64,000 nucleotides of DNA from contig JAXLNO010000079.1 of the NCBI GenBank assembly GCA_038087875.1, positions 372,001-436,000 of the forward strand, written 5' to 3'. Positions within the stretch are counted from its first letter, which is position 1, and the number at the start of each line of letters is the position of its first letter. Positions 1-11,636 of this stretch are shown one piece after another. Source of the stretch: Malacoraja senta (taxonomy: Eukaryota). The notes below the pieces were generated by a model. That model was not told the origin of the DNA. It worked only from the letters and a program-made list of their open reading frames with translations, and did not search any database. Made by a program: the position numbers and the translations under genes.

Positions 1-696
1 AGCTCGGGGACTCTACACAGCGGCCTCAACCTGCAGCTGGGTCCGAGGAGGCCGGAGCGGGGCGGGCAGCGGGGCGGGCAGCGGGGCGGTGGCGGTAGCG
101 GCGGCTGGAAGCGGCGTGAGGTGTGCCTGCTGTCGGCGCTGGTGTTTGCGGCGGGACTGTGCGTTATCCTGGGCAGTATGTTGCTACTCAAGTACCTGTG
201 GCCCGCGTCCGACGCCGGTTGCCGGGAGGAAGGCGGGCGCCGCGGGGGCTTCGCCAAGGCAGCGCGGCTCATCTCCAGCAACATCGACGCCAGCATCGAC
301 CCGTGCCGTGACTTCTATAGCTTCTCCTGCGGCGGCTGGCTCAGCAGACACGCCATCCCTGAGGACACCCTGAGCTACGGCACGGTCACCGCCATCGCCC
401 ACAACAACCGCCAGAAACTACAGCGTCTCCTCACACAACCTGTCCGCCGGCCCCACCGCCGCTCCGCCGAGAGGAAGGTGAAGCAGTTCTACCGCTCCTG
501 CACCGACCTGGGCGAGATCGAGCGGCTGGGAGCCGGGCCTCTGCTGCACATTATCGGCCAGTGCGGCGGCTGGGACGGTGCTGACGGCCGCTTCCGTGAA
601 CTGCTCTACAGAAGCCAGGCTCTGTACAGCACTGCCGCCTTCTTCTCACTCAGTGTCAACGTGGACGACAGCAACACTTCGCGGAACGTGATCAGA
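1..696 (+). CDS. ECEL1: ECEL1 first coding exon (partial; start codon upstream of window): cytoplasmic tail, TM anchor, start of M13 ectodomain
   Basis: Frame 1 is open from base 1: ...WKRREVCLLSALVFAAGLCVILGSMLLLKYL...NIDASIDPCRDFYSFSCGGWLSRHAIPED...FSLSVNVDDSNTSRNVIR. This matches ECEL1 (WNRREVCLLSGLVFAAGLC...DPCQDFYSFACGGW). Donor AGA|gtaagt at 697. GC/CpG-rich. Confidence 0.95.
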
Positions 697-869
697 GTAA
701 GTCTTGGTAACTTTATAAAGGACAGGGAAGGTTGTGGGCATTATTTACCGACGCGGGACTCGGTCAAAGCCGCACACGTGTCGCCGGGTCACCGTTCCCG
801 TGTTGGGACAACCCTGGGTTTGCCACTTGCTGCTGCCCTCTGTCACCACTGGCAGTGGTTTGTCCTCCG

Positions 870-1053
870 AACTGCTGGAATCTTAAACAAAACACAAAGT
901 GCTGGAGGAACTCAGCGGGTCAGGCAGTGTCTGAGCAGCGAACAGACACATGGCGTTTCGGGGTGGGGCCCTTCTTCAGATTGAAGAAACGTCGCCTGAC
1001 CATTTCCTCCACAGACGCTGCCTTACCCGATGTGTTTTGTTCAAGACTCCAGT
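870..1053. mobile_element. Penelope-like element terminus, inverted (palindromic) remnant
   Basis: cacaaagtgctggaggaactcagcgggtcaggcag...cttcttcaga followed by its degraded inverted copy (gaaacgtcgcc...acagacgctgcc...tgtgttttgttcaagactccag). Same motif family as the end of the GIY-YIG-bearing copy at 38985-41650. Confidence 0.65.
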
Positions 1054-1169
1054 CTGTGTGGTTACCGAGTGGGTGAGTCGTGCAGCCGCGACCTCCCGCA
1101 TCCCAGCGGCCAGTCAACAGTCCCCATCCCGCCACCGCTCCCGGAGACAAGGGATTTAATGTTTGTGAA

Positions 1170-3000
1170 ATACATAGAAAATAGGTGCAGGAGTAGGCCA
1201 TTCGGCCCTTCGAGCCAGCACCGCCATTCAATGTGATCATGGCTGATCATCCAGTACCCCGCTCCTGCCTTCTCCCCATATCCCCTGACCCCGCTATCTT
1301 TAAGAGCTCTATCTAACTCTCTCTTGAAAGTATCCAGAGAATTAGCCTCCACTGCCTTCTGAGGCTGATAATTCCACAGATTCACAACTCTCTGGGTGAA
1401 AAAGTGTTTCCTCATCTCAGTTCTAAATGGCCTATCCCTTATTCTTAACCTGTGGCCCCTGGTTCTGGACTCCCCCAACATCGGGAACGTGTTTCCTGCC
1501 TCCAGCGTGTCCAGTCCCTTAATAATCTTATATGTTTCAATAAGATACCCTCTCATCCTTCTAAATTCCAGTGAATACAAGCCCAGTCACTCCATTCTTT
1601 CAACATATGACAGTCCCGCCATCCCAGAATTGACCTCGTGAACCTACGCTCCACTCCCTCAATAGCATGAATGTCCTTCCTCAAATTTGGACCAAAACTG
1701 CACACAATACTCCAGGTGTGGTCTCACTAGGGCCCTGTACAACGGCACAAGGACCTCTTTGATCCTATACTCAACGTTATGAAGGCCAACATGCCATTAG
1801 CTTTCTTCACTGACTGCTGTACCTGCATACTTACTTTCATTGACTGATGAACAAGGTCACCCAAATCTCGCTTACTTCCCATTTTCCTAACTTGACGCCA
1901 TTCAGATAATAATCTGCCTTCCTGTTCTTACCACCAAAGTGGATAACCTCACATTTATCCACATTAAACTGCATCTGACATGCATCTGCCCACTCATCCA
2001 ACCTATCAAATTCACCCTGCATCCTCATAGCATCCTCCTCACAGTTCACACTGCCACCCAGCTTTGTGTCATTTGCAAATTTGCTAATGTTATTTTTAAT
2101 CCCTTCACCGAAACCATTAATGTAAATTGTAAATAGCTGCGGTCCAAGCACATAGCCTTGTGGTACCCCACTAGTCATTGCCTGCCATTCTGAAAGGCAC
2201 CCGTTAATCCCTACTCTTTGTTTCCTGTCTGCCAACCAATTTTCTATCCATGTCAGTATCCTACCACCAATGCCACGTGCCCTAATTTTGCCTGCCTTCT
2301 CCCCATATCCCTTGATTCCGCTAGCCCTAAGGGGTCTATTTAACTCGATTTTGAATGCATCCAGTGAACTGGCCTCCACTGCCTTCTGAGGCAGTGAATT
2401 CCACAAATTCACAACTCTCTGGGTGAAAAAGTTTTCCTCGTCTCCGTTCTAAATGGCCTACCCCTTATTCTTAAACTGTGGCACCAGCCGCTCCATTCTC
2501 TCAGCATATGACAGTCCCGCCATCCCGGGAATTAACCTTGTGAATCTACGCTGCGCTCCCTTAATAGCAATAATGTCCTTCCTCAAATTAGGAGACCAAA
2601 ACTGAACACAATACTCCAGGTGTGGTCTCACCAGGGCCCTGTACAACTGCAGAAGGACCTCGTTGCTCCTATAGTCAACTCCTCTTGTTATGAAGGCCAA
2701 CAGACCAAAACTGAACACAATACTCCAGGTGTGGTCTCACCAGGGCCCTGTACAACTGCAGAAGGACCTCGTTGCTCCTATAGTCAACTCCTCTTGTTAT
2801 GAAGGCCAACAGACCAAAACTGAACACAATACTCCAGGTGTGGTCTCACTAGGGCCCTGTACAACTGCAGAAGGACCTCGTTGCTCCTATAGTCAACTCC
2901 TCTTGTTATGAAGGCCAACAGACCAAAACTGAACCCAATACTCCAGGTGTGGTCTCACCAGGGCCCTGTACAACTGCAGAAGGACCTCGTTGCTCCTATA
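1170..3000 (-). mobile_element. Two tandem 5'-truncated CR1 LINE fragments (RT C-terminal half + 3' UTR)
   Basis: Minus-strand ORFs with SGVPQG.VLGP.LF.IYIN and KFA(N)DTKLGG motifs; 3' end catagaaaataggtgcaggagtaggccattcggccc at ~1170; second fragment joins at ~2291. Confidence 0.9.
2593..3000. repeat. 109-bp tandem repeat (~3.7 copies) of CR1 RT sequence
   Basis: Unit agaccaaaactgaacacaatactccagg...gaaggccaac starts at 2593, 2702, 2811 and 2920. Confidence 0.95.
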
Positions 3001-4204
3001 AATAATTGTAACAAAATAGTTCACAAACGGCATGACATGGATCTGTGTGGAATTGACGCATAGTTTAAAGTAAATACATTTCGACTTTGTGATTTCTCTC
3101 CCGCTTTTAGAAACACTACCAGATATTGGATATGGTGATCTTTTCCGCCAACAGAATATCGGCCGAGGTGTTTGCAGCAAATCACATTCCTCTCTTTATT
3201 GTGCTCTGGTTTTAAATTAAGTTAATTATGCCGAAGATAGACGCTGCGATTCTTCACAGACGCCGGGCTTTTCATTTGACTGACGATAGAATCGTTCCCC
3301 ACCTGTGGCAAATCCCTCGGTTGAAAGATGCCAACTCTGCCAGGTACAAATGCCGTGGATGAAATAGTCTCTCCCCCCCCCCCCCCCTCCTCCCGGTCAC
3401 GGCAACAATCTGCTCTGCCCCGGGACCGACTCATCACTTGTCTGTTCTTCTCTTTGACCATTGGTGACCCTGATGTGGTCCCTCCTTGCACCTTTTCCCG
3501 CACCCTCTGTAGAAGGACCAATGACCCTTTGACTCTCTATGGCTCTAGACCGAGTCCATCTCGGTGTCTCGGTCCCGGCTCCGACAGGCTGAAGGATAAA
3601 CTCCACAAATCACCGGGCTCGCACCTCGGAACATGTTCCCCATCCGACTAAACCTTTCCCCGCTATTTCTTCTTTATTCCTATCTCATAAAAATCTAGCT
3701 TCATGTTGCCATTTGCAGAAGACAAGCCTTTACAAATAATTTATAACCGCCACCGCTCACCGCCGGTGAAGTGAATCACTGGGCACTTTATTTTAAACGA
3801 GCTAATGCCGAAATAAAATATACTCAAGTCTGAAAAGCGAATAAGCAGGAAAATAAATCACAACATACAAGTGTTAGCTAAACTGAAGAGTAGATTGTAA
3901 TTGATTTGATATGAAATCCGTTGCCTTCGGCAGATGAGTTATTCATGTCGGACTGGGAAGATGGGCTTCAATCCCACTGCGACAGCCACTGAATTAGTCA
4001 TCATATCCATTCTGGAATAAGAGGCTACTCTCGGGAGTGGTGGCCGTGAAACTATCCCACGCCATGGGTTGCTGGGCGGCAGATCTCCGGAGACCCTGGC
4101 TGTCCCCATCCACGCTGCTGCAACACATCACAATTAGTGATGGCCATTAGGCGCTGGCCTTGCCATCCACGCCGCCAAACAGGGGCAACGAGCAAGTTGT
4201 CTCC

Positions 4205-4460
4205 TTCAGTGGTGGGACAACGGTTCGAGTTGCTGTCTCACAGCACAGCACCAGAGACCCGGGTTCCATTCTGACTACGGGTTTTCTCCGGGTGCTCCGG
4301 TTTCCTCCCACACTTCAAAGACGTACAGGTTTGTAGTTTAACTGGCATCGGTAAAATTGTCCCTAATGTGTAGGATAGTTTTAGTGTATGGGGTGATCGC
4401 TGGTTGGCGCAACGTGGTGAGCCGCAGGGTCTGTTTCTGCGCTGTATCTCTGAAGTTTAA
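4205..4460 (+). mobile_element. tRNA-derived V-SINE (HE1-like), internally deleted
   Basis: gagttgctgtctcacagc...gagacccgggttccattctgactacggg|ttttctccgggtgctccggtttcctcccacac; CR1-like tail gggtctgtttctgcgctgtatctc. Lacks ~50 nt present in the 27706 copy. Confidence 0.8.
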
Positions 4461-4554
4461 AGTTTTGAAAGATTGTTATGCAGACGAACAATTTTGAAAT
4501 AAAATAGATTTAAAAAACAATGAACATACAACATTACAACACAAGAACAGGCTC

Positions 4555-4744
4555 AAAATACTGGAGTAACTCAGCGGGTCAGGCAGCATCTGTGGAGAAA
4601 AAGATGGGTGACGTTCCGGGTCGAGACCCTTCTTCATACCGTGACTCTCAGCCTGAAGAAGGGTCTCGACCCGAAACGTCACCCATTTTTTCTCTCCAGA
4701 GAATGTCTATCTTCGGTTTAAACCAGCATCTGAAGTTCCTTCCT
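4555..4744. mobile_element. Short inverted Penelope-terminus insertion with 16-bp target duplication and hammerhead-like core
   Basis: Flanked by acacaagaacaggctc (4539-4554) and acacaagaacgggctc (4745-4760). Internal inverted repeat; CTGAAGA-A-GGGTC-TC-GACCC-GAAAC-GTC at 4653-4680. Confidence 0.8.
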
Positions 4745-4901
4745 ACACAAGAACGGGCTCTTTGACCCACAATGTCTTAGCCGAACATGATACCAAGACT
4801 ACATTTTATCTGCCTGCACATAATTCTCATCTCTTCATTTCTTCCACACCAAAAGCTTCTTAATCACCACGATCGCACAATCGCAACTGTCTCTCCCCCT
4901 A

Positions 4902-5082
4902 CCCACACACACACACATATACACACACACGCACACATACACACACACACACTCCCACACACACCCACACACACATACACATATACACACATACACACGC
5001 ATGCACACACACACACACACACATCTACACACACACATACACACACACACACATCTACACACACACACACACATCTACACAC

Positions 5083-5115
<33 letters not shown>

Positions 5116-5198
5116 TCTACACACACATACACACACACACATCTACACGCACACACACACACACACACACACATCTACACACACATACACACACACAC

Positions 5199-5236
<38 letters not shown>

Positions 5237-5270
5237 CTACACACACATCTACACACACATCTACACACAC

Positions 5271-5361
<91 letters not shown>
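4902..5361. repeat. (CA)n microsatellite with recurring CATCTA/CATA interruptions
   Basis: Directly visible; explains the spurious HT/CV-repeat ORFs. Confidence 0.99.
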
Positions 5362-5363
<2 letters not shown>

Positions 5364-5769
5364 AGCTGCGTGTTCCAGGCACTCACCAACTTCTGTGTAA
5401 AAAACAACTAGCTATGCGCATCTCCTTTATATTTCTTTCCGATCACATCACAGCTATGCCCTGTAGCATTTCCACCCTGGGAAAAGCTTCTGACTGTCCA
5501 CCCTCTCCATGCCCCTCATAAGTGTAATAAACTCCTAAAAGGTCTCCAAGCATGGCTCAAAGACATTGAGGTCTTTATTAAGCGCTGTGTGCAGTTCTGG
5601 TTGCCCTGCTGTAAGTTGGATGGAAAGGGCGCAGGAGACATTGTCCAGGTCCCAGTTGGAAGGAGAGGTCTAAGTCCAGTGATTCTTTATATAATGAAAT
5701 AAGAATTGGCTCTTGGTATTAATATGACTAGAATGTAGACCAGCACAGCACAAGAACAGGCCCTTGGAC

Positions 5770-8495
5770 CCACACTGGGACATTGTAACCATGACTGAAA
5801 CCTGGTTACAGGAGGGGCAGGACTGGCAGCTCAATGTTCTGGGGTACAGGAGCTTCAGGAGAGACAGGGGGTGAGGAAAAAAGAGGAGGGGGAGTTGCAT
5901 TGTTGGTTAAGAAGGATGTCACGGCTGTGTTCAGAGGTGATATTACGGACGGTTCGTCTAGTGAGGCTATATGGGTGGAGCTGAGGAACAAAAAAGGGAT
6001 GATCACCTTTTTGGGGGTGTACTACAGACCCCCGAATAGTCAACGGGAATTAGAAGAGGAAATGTGCCGGGAGATTGCAGACAGCTGCAGGTCAAATAAG
6101 GTTGTTGCAGTAGGGGATTTCAACTTTCCCAATATAGACTGGGAAAATCATAGTGTGAAGGGTTTAGATGGGGTGCAATTCCTCAAAAGTGTTCAGGAGA
6201 GTTTTCTTAAACAGTATGTTGAGGCCCCCACAAGTGAGAAGGCAATGCTGGATCTAGTATTGTGAAATTGGGAAGGGCAAGTTAATGAAGTGTGTTTGGA
6301 GAGCCATTTGGGTCCAGTGACCACAGTTCGATTAGGTTTAAGATAGTTATGGATCGGGGACGGAGAGGATCCACATGTTAAAATGCTCAACTGGGGTAAG
6401 GCCAACTTTGAGGGTATGAGAGAAGGTCTCGCTCAAGTTAACTGGAGCAGGTTATTTGAGGGGAAAGGAACATCGGCCAAGTGGGATGTTTTTAAAAGTG
6501 TACTGAAGAGAACTCAGGATGTGTACATCCCCGTTAGAGTGAAGGGCAAAGCAGGCAAACGTAAGGAAGCTTGGCTGATGAGGGAAATTGAGAATTAGTC
6601 AAAAACAAGAAGGATGCACGGGACAGGTATAGGCAGCTGGGATCAAGTGCACCCTGGAGGAGTTTCGGGAACTAAGGAGCAAACCAAAAAAGATCAGAAT
6701 GGCAAAAAGGGGCCAGGAGATAGCTCTGGCAGGTAGCATAAAAGACAATCCCAACATATGGAAACATAGAAACATAGACAATCCCAAAAGATTTTATAAA
6801 TACAATAGGGGGAAAAGGGTAACTAGAGAGAGAGTGGGACCTCTCAGGAATCAAAGCGGTCACCTCTGTGTGGAACCACAGGAGATGGGCAAGGTCCTCA
6901 ATGAGTATTTCTCCTCTGTATTTACTGAGGAGAAAGACAGTAGGCCGGAGGAAATAGGGGCAGTCACTGGAAGTGTCATTAGAGCAGTCAGTGTTACTGT
7001 CAAAGAAGTACTGAAGTTACTGTCGTGTTTGAAGGTAGATAAATCTCCGGGGCCTGATCAGATATATCCGAGGACATTGCGGGAAACTAGAGAGGAAATT
7101 GCGGGAGCCCTGGTTGAAATTTATGAGTCGTCCTTAAATATAGGAGAGGTGGCAGAGGATTGGAAGATGTCAAATGTTGTGCCTCTTTTCAAGAGGGCTG
7201 CAGGGAAAATGCCTGGAACTATAGGCCGGTGAGCTTAACATCTGTATTTGGAAAGTTACTGGAGAGTATTCTGAGGGATAGGTTATACAGGCATTTGGAT
7301 GGCAAAGGGCTGATTAGGGACAGTCAGCATGGTTTTGTACGTGGGAGGTCGTGTCTCACAAATCTGATTGATTTTTTTGATGTGAGCAAAAAGGTTGATG
7401 AAGGCAGAGCTGTAGATGTTGTGTAGTAATGTGTTTGACAAGGTACCGCATGGTAGGCTGCTCTGGAAAGTTAGATCGCATGGGATCCAAGGAGAGATAG
7501 CTGAATGGATAGCAAATTGGCTCCATGGAAAGAAGCAGAAGGTGATGGTGAAAGGTTGCTTCTCAGAATGGAGGCCTGTGACTAGTGGTGTGCCACAGGG
7601 TTTGGTGCTGGGCCTGTTACTGTTTGTCATCTACATCAATGATTTGGATGAGAACATACAGGGCAAGATTAGCAAGTTTACTGATGATACAAAAGTTAGT
7701 GGTTTTGCAGACAGTGAAGATGGTTGTGAACGATTGCAGCAGGAGCTGGATCGATTGGCCAGGTGGGCGGAGGAATGGTTGATGGAATTTAATACAGAGA
7801 AGTGTGAGGTGTTGCATTTTGGGACGTCAAACAAGGGCAGGACCTACACAGTAAATGGTAGGCCTCTGGGTAGCGTTGTAGAGCAGAGGGATTTAGGAGT
7901 ACAGGTGCATGGTTCCTTGATGGTTGAGTCATAGGTAGATAAGATGGTCAAAAAGGCTTTTGGCAATTTGGTGGTCATCAGTCAGAGCATTGAGTATGGG
8001 AGGACACTTGCAGTTGTATAAGACATTGGTGAGACCGCATTTAGAATATTGTGTTCAGTTCTGGGCGCCATGTTATAGGAAAGATATTGTGAAGCTTGAA
8101 AGGTCCAGATTTACGAGGATGTTGCCAGGACCAGAGGGTGTGAGCTATAGGGAGAGGTGAGTAGGCTTGGTCTCTATTCCATGGAGCTTAGGAGGATGAG
8201 GGGAGATCTTATAGAGGTGTACAAAATCATGGGAGGAATAGATCGGGTAGATGCACAGAGTAGGGAATCCGAGGGTTAACTTTTGCACACAGAGGGTGGT
8301 GGGTGTATGAAACAAGCTGCCAGAGGAAGTAGTTGAGGCTGGGACCATCCCATTGTTTAAGGAACAGTTAGACAGGTACATGGATAGGACAGGTTTGGAG
8401 GCAAGTGGGACTAGTGTAGATGGGACATTGTTGGCCGGTCTGGGCGAGTTGGACTGAAGGGCCTGTTTCCACACTGTATCACTCTATGACTATGA
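5770..8495 (+). mobile_element. CR1 LINE, second family (tail shared with the SINEs), near-complete degraded ORF2 (APE endonuclease + RT)
   Basis: TETWLQEGQDWQLN, GGGVALLV, YRPPNS, GDFNFPNIDW, KSPGPD, SGVPQG, KFTDDTK; multiple stops and frameshifts; tail ggcctgtttccacactgtatcactctatgactatg. Confidence 0.92.
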
Positions 8496-9081
8496 TTCTA
8501 ATGTCCGTGCTGAACATGCTGCCAAGACCAACTCTTATCTGCCTGCACATAATTCATATCTCTCCATTCCTTGCATATCCATGTGCCTATCTAAAAGCCT
8601 AGTAAATGCCATTATTGTATCTGCCTGGCAGCTCATTCCAGACACTCACGACCCTCTGTGTAAAAAGATACATCCTACACATTTCCTTTAAACTTTGCCC
8701 CTCTCACCTTAACGTTATGCCCTCGAGTATCTGAATTTTCTATCCTGGGAAAAAGGTTCTGACTGACTTCCCTTTCTGAACCTCATTGTGGGTCGAGGGC
8801 CTGTTCTTTTGCTGTTCTATGTATTTCTGGAGCTGATCTATATCCCATTGTAAACTTTGACAGCCTTTCTCACAGTCTGTGACCCCAGTAACCTTGGTGT
8901 CATCTACAAGCTTACCAACCAACCCGTCTACTTTGACATCTAAGATAAGTTGCGAACAAATTCTACATTTGCCATCTTCATAAACAGGAAGAAAACCGAT
9001 CACGGTGCTTAAAGCAAAATATGCATCTGGGAAACGTGTCTGTGCGATGGTTTGGATTATTAGTGTGACCCTCTGTCAATT

Positions 9082-9344
9082 TATGTTCATTCACGATCTA
9101 TGTTCATTCACCGTCTATGTTCATTCATGGTCTATGTTCATTCACCGTCTATGTTCATTCATGGTCTATGTTCATTCACCGTCTATGTTCATTCACCGTC
9201 TATGTTCATTCACCGTCTATGTTCATTCATGGTCTATGTTCATTCATGGTCTGTTCATTCACCGTCTATGTTCATTCATGGTCTATGTTCATTCACCGTC
9301 TATGTTCATTCACCGTCTATGTTCATTCATGGTCTATGTTAATT
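9082..9344. repeat. 17-bp minisatellite GTCTATGTTCATTCA(CC/TG), resuming at ~10576-10612
   Basis: Directly visible tandem units with two alternating variants; split by a CR1 insertion. Confidence 0.95.
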
Positions 9345-10576
9345 CATAGAAACATAGAAACATAGAAAATAGGTGCAGGAGTAGGCCATTTGGCCCTTCG
9401 AGCCTGTACCGCCATTCAATATGATCATGGCTGATCATCCAACTCAGTATCCTGTACCTGCTTTCTCTCCATACCCCCTGATCCCTTTAGCCACAAGGGC
9501 CACATCTAACTCCCTCTTAAATATAGCCAATGAACTGGCCTCAACTACCTTCTGAGGCAGAGAATTCCAGAGATTCATCATTCACCACTGTGTAAAAAAT
9601 GTTTTTCTCATCTCAGTCCTAAAAAATTTCCCCTTTATCCTTAAACTGTGACCCCTTGTTCTGGACTTCCCCAACATCGGGAACAATCTTCCTGCATCTA
9701 GCCTGTCCAACCGCTTAAGAATTTTGTAAGTTTCTATAAGATCCCCCCTCAATCTTCTAAATTCTAGCGAGTACAAGCCGAGTCTATCCAGTCTTTCTTC
9801 ATATGAAAGTCCTGACATCACAGGAATCAGTCTGGTGAACCTTCTCTGTACTCCCTCTATGGCAAGAATGTCCTTCGTCAGATTAGGAGACCAAAACTGT
9901 ACGCAATACTCCAGGTGTGGTCTCACCAAGACCCTGTACAACTGCAGTAGAACCTCCCTGCTCCTATACTCAAATCCTTTTGCTATGAATGCTAACATAC
10001 CATTCGCTTTCTTCACTGCCTGCTGCACCTGCATGCCTACTTTCAATGACTGGTGTACCATGACACCCAGGTCTCGCTGCATCTCCCCTTTTCCTAATCG
10101 GCCACCATTTATATAATAGTCTGCTTTCCTGTTTTTGCCACCGAAGTGGATAACCTCACATTTATCCACATTATACTGCATCTGCCATGCATTTGCCCAC
10201 TCACCCAACCTATCCAAGTCATCTTGCAGCCTCCTAGCATCCTCCTCACAGCTAACACTGCCCCCCAGCTTCGTGTCATCCGCAAACTTGGAGATGTTGC
10301 ATTCAATTCCCTCGTCCAAATCATGGATATAAATTGTAAATAGCTGGGGTCCCAGCACTGAGCCTTGCGGTACCCCACTAGTCACTGCCTGCCATTCTGA
10401 AAAGGACCCGTTTACTCCTACTCTTTGCTTCCTGTCTGCCAGCCAGTTCTCTATCCACATCAATACTGAACCCCCAATACCGTGTGCTTTAAGTTTGTAT
10501 ATTAATCTCTTATGTGGGACCTTGTCGAAAGCCTTCTGAAAGTCCAGATATAACACATCCACTGGTTCTCCCTTAT
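9345..10576 (-). mobile_element. Young 5'-truncated CR1 LINE (RT)
   Basis: Uninterrupted 336-aa ORF 9582-10592 (LDFQKAFDKVPH, SGVPQGSVLGP, KFADDTK); tail (catagaaa)n. Confidence 0.95.
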
Positions 10577-10717
10577 CATGGTCTATGTTCATTCACCGTC
10601 TATGTTCAATCACTTAACACATTACTACATGGCATTCATTTCTCAGCCACACCACCTGCAGCCAATTCCATTCACTGTTTGTTCACTCACCTTTCCACAC
10701 ACCCACACTTGGGGAAT

Positions 10718-11636
10718 GATACAAAGATACAATTTATTTGTTGTCATTTGAACCTCATTGAGGTTCAAACAAAATTTGGTTTCTGCAGTCATACAAACAA
10801 GTAGAAGAACCAAGACACAACACAATTTACACAAACATCCATCACAGTGAATCTCCTCCTCACTGTGATGGAAGGCAAAGTCTTATCTCTCCCCTGCACT
10901 CCCCATTCTCCTTCCGATGTCAAAGTCAGAGCCCCCGGCGGGCGATGGTAAATATGTCCTGCTGCCGTTAAAGCCGCGCCGGGCGATGCAAGGCCGCGCT
11001 CCAGGTCTTGATGTTAGACCCCAGGCGGGCACTAGCAAGTCCCGCGGCCAATAAACCGCGCCGGGCGATGTAAGGCCCCGCTCCAGGTCTTGATGTTGGA
11101 GCCCCAGGCGGGCACTAGCAAGTCCCGCGGCCATTTAAAGCTGCGCCGGGCGATGTAAGGCCCCGCTCCAGGTCATCCTCAACCCCGCAACTCGGGCGGG
11201 AGAAGTCGCCATTGCGGAAGCCCCGAAAAGCGTTCTCCCACCAGGGACCCGCGGGCTCCCGATGTCACCGTCCACCAGACCTGCGGCTGGAGCCTCCGAA
11301 TCTCCGGGGTCGGGCCGCAGCAGCGCGCCACCACAGCTCTCCACGCTCCGAACTCGGCCAGCTCCGCGATGGTAAGTCCGCAGGCTCCGCGACTGGAGCC
11401 CCAGGTCGTTGCGGTTGGAGGCTGCTCCACGGTGCAGGCCCCAACGACAACGGAGACCCGACAGAGAAAGGTCGGGTCCTCCGTACAGGGAAAAGATTTT
11501 AAAAGTTTCCCCACCCACCCCCCACACGCATACCCAGTTAAAAAACCCCACTATAACTACACTCAAACAAGACAAAAATAATTAAAAAGGCAGACGGACT
11601 GCAGAGGCTGCCGCGACATGAGTCGCGCTGCCCACC
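10718..11636 (-). mobile_element. GC/CpG-rich non-autonomous retroposon with internal 83-84-bp repeats and LINE-like tail
   Basis: Abrupt GC-rich block. Minus-strand 3' end ...aaatgacaacaaataaattgtatctttgtatc (AATAAA plus short repeat) resembles the Rex1/Babar tails in this window. Repeats at ~10968, 11051 and 11135; no protein homology. Confidence 0.55.

Noticed and set aside
697..984. C-terminal part of ORF 121-984 as coding
   Set aside because: ECEL1 similarity stops at the GT donor at 697. The rest is intron read-through into a Penelope remnant, and the 'M' at 121 is GTG (Val).
4787..5521. His/Thr-rich and Cys/Val-rich ORFs
   Set aside because: Translations of the (CA)n microsatellite.
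9005..9365. Repetitive MFIHRLCSF ORFs
   Set aside because: Translations of the 17-bp minisatellite.
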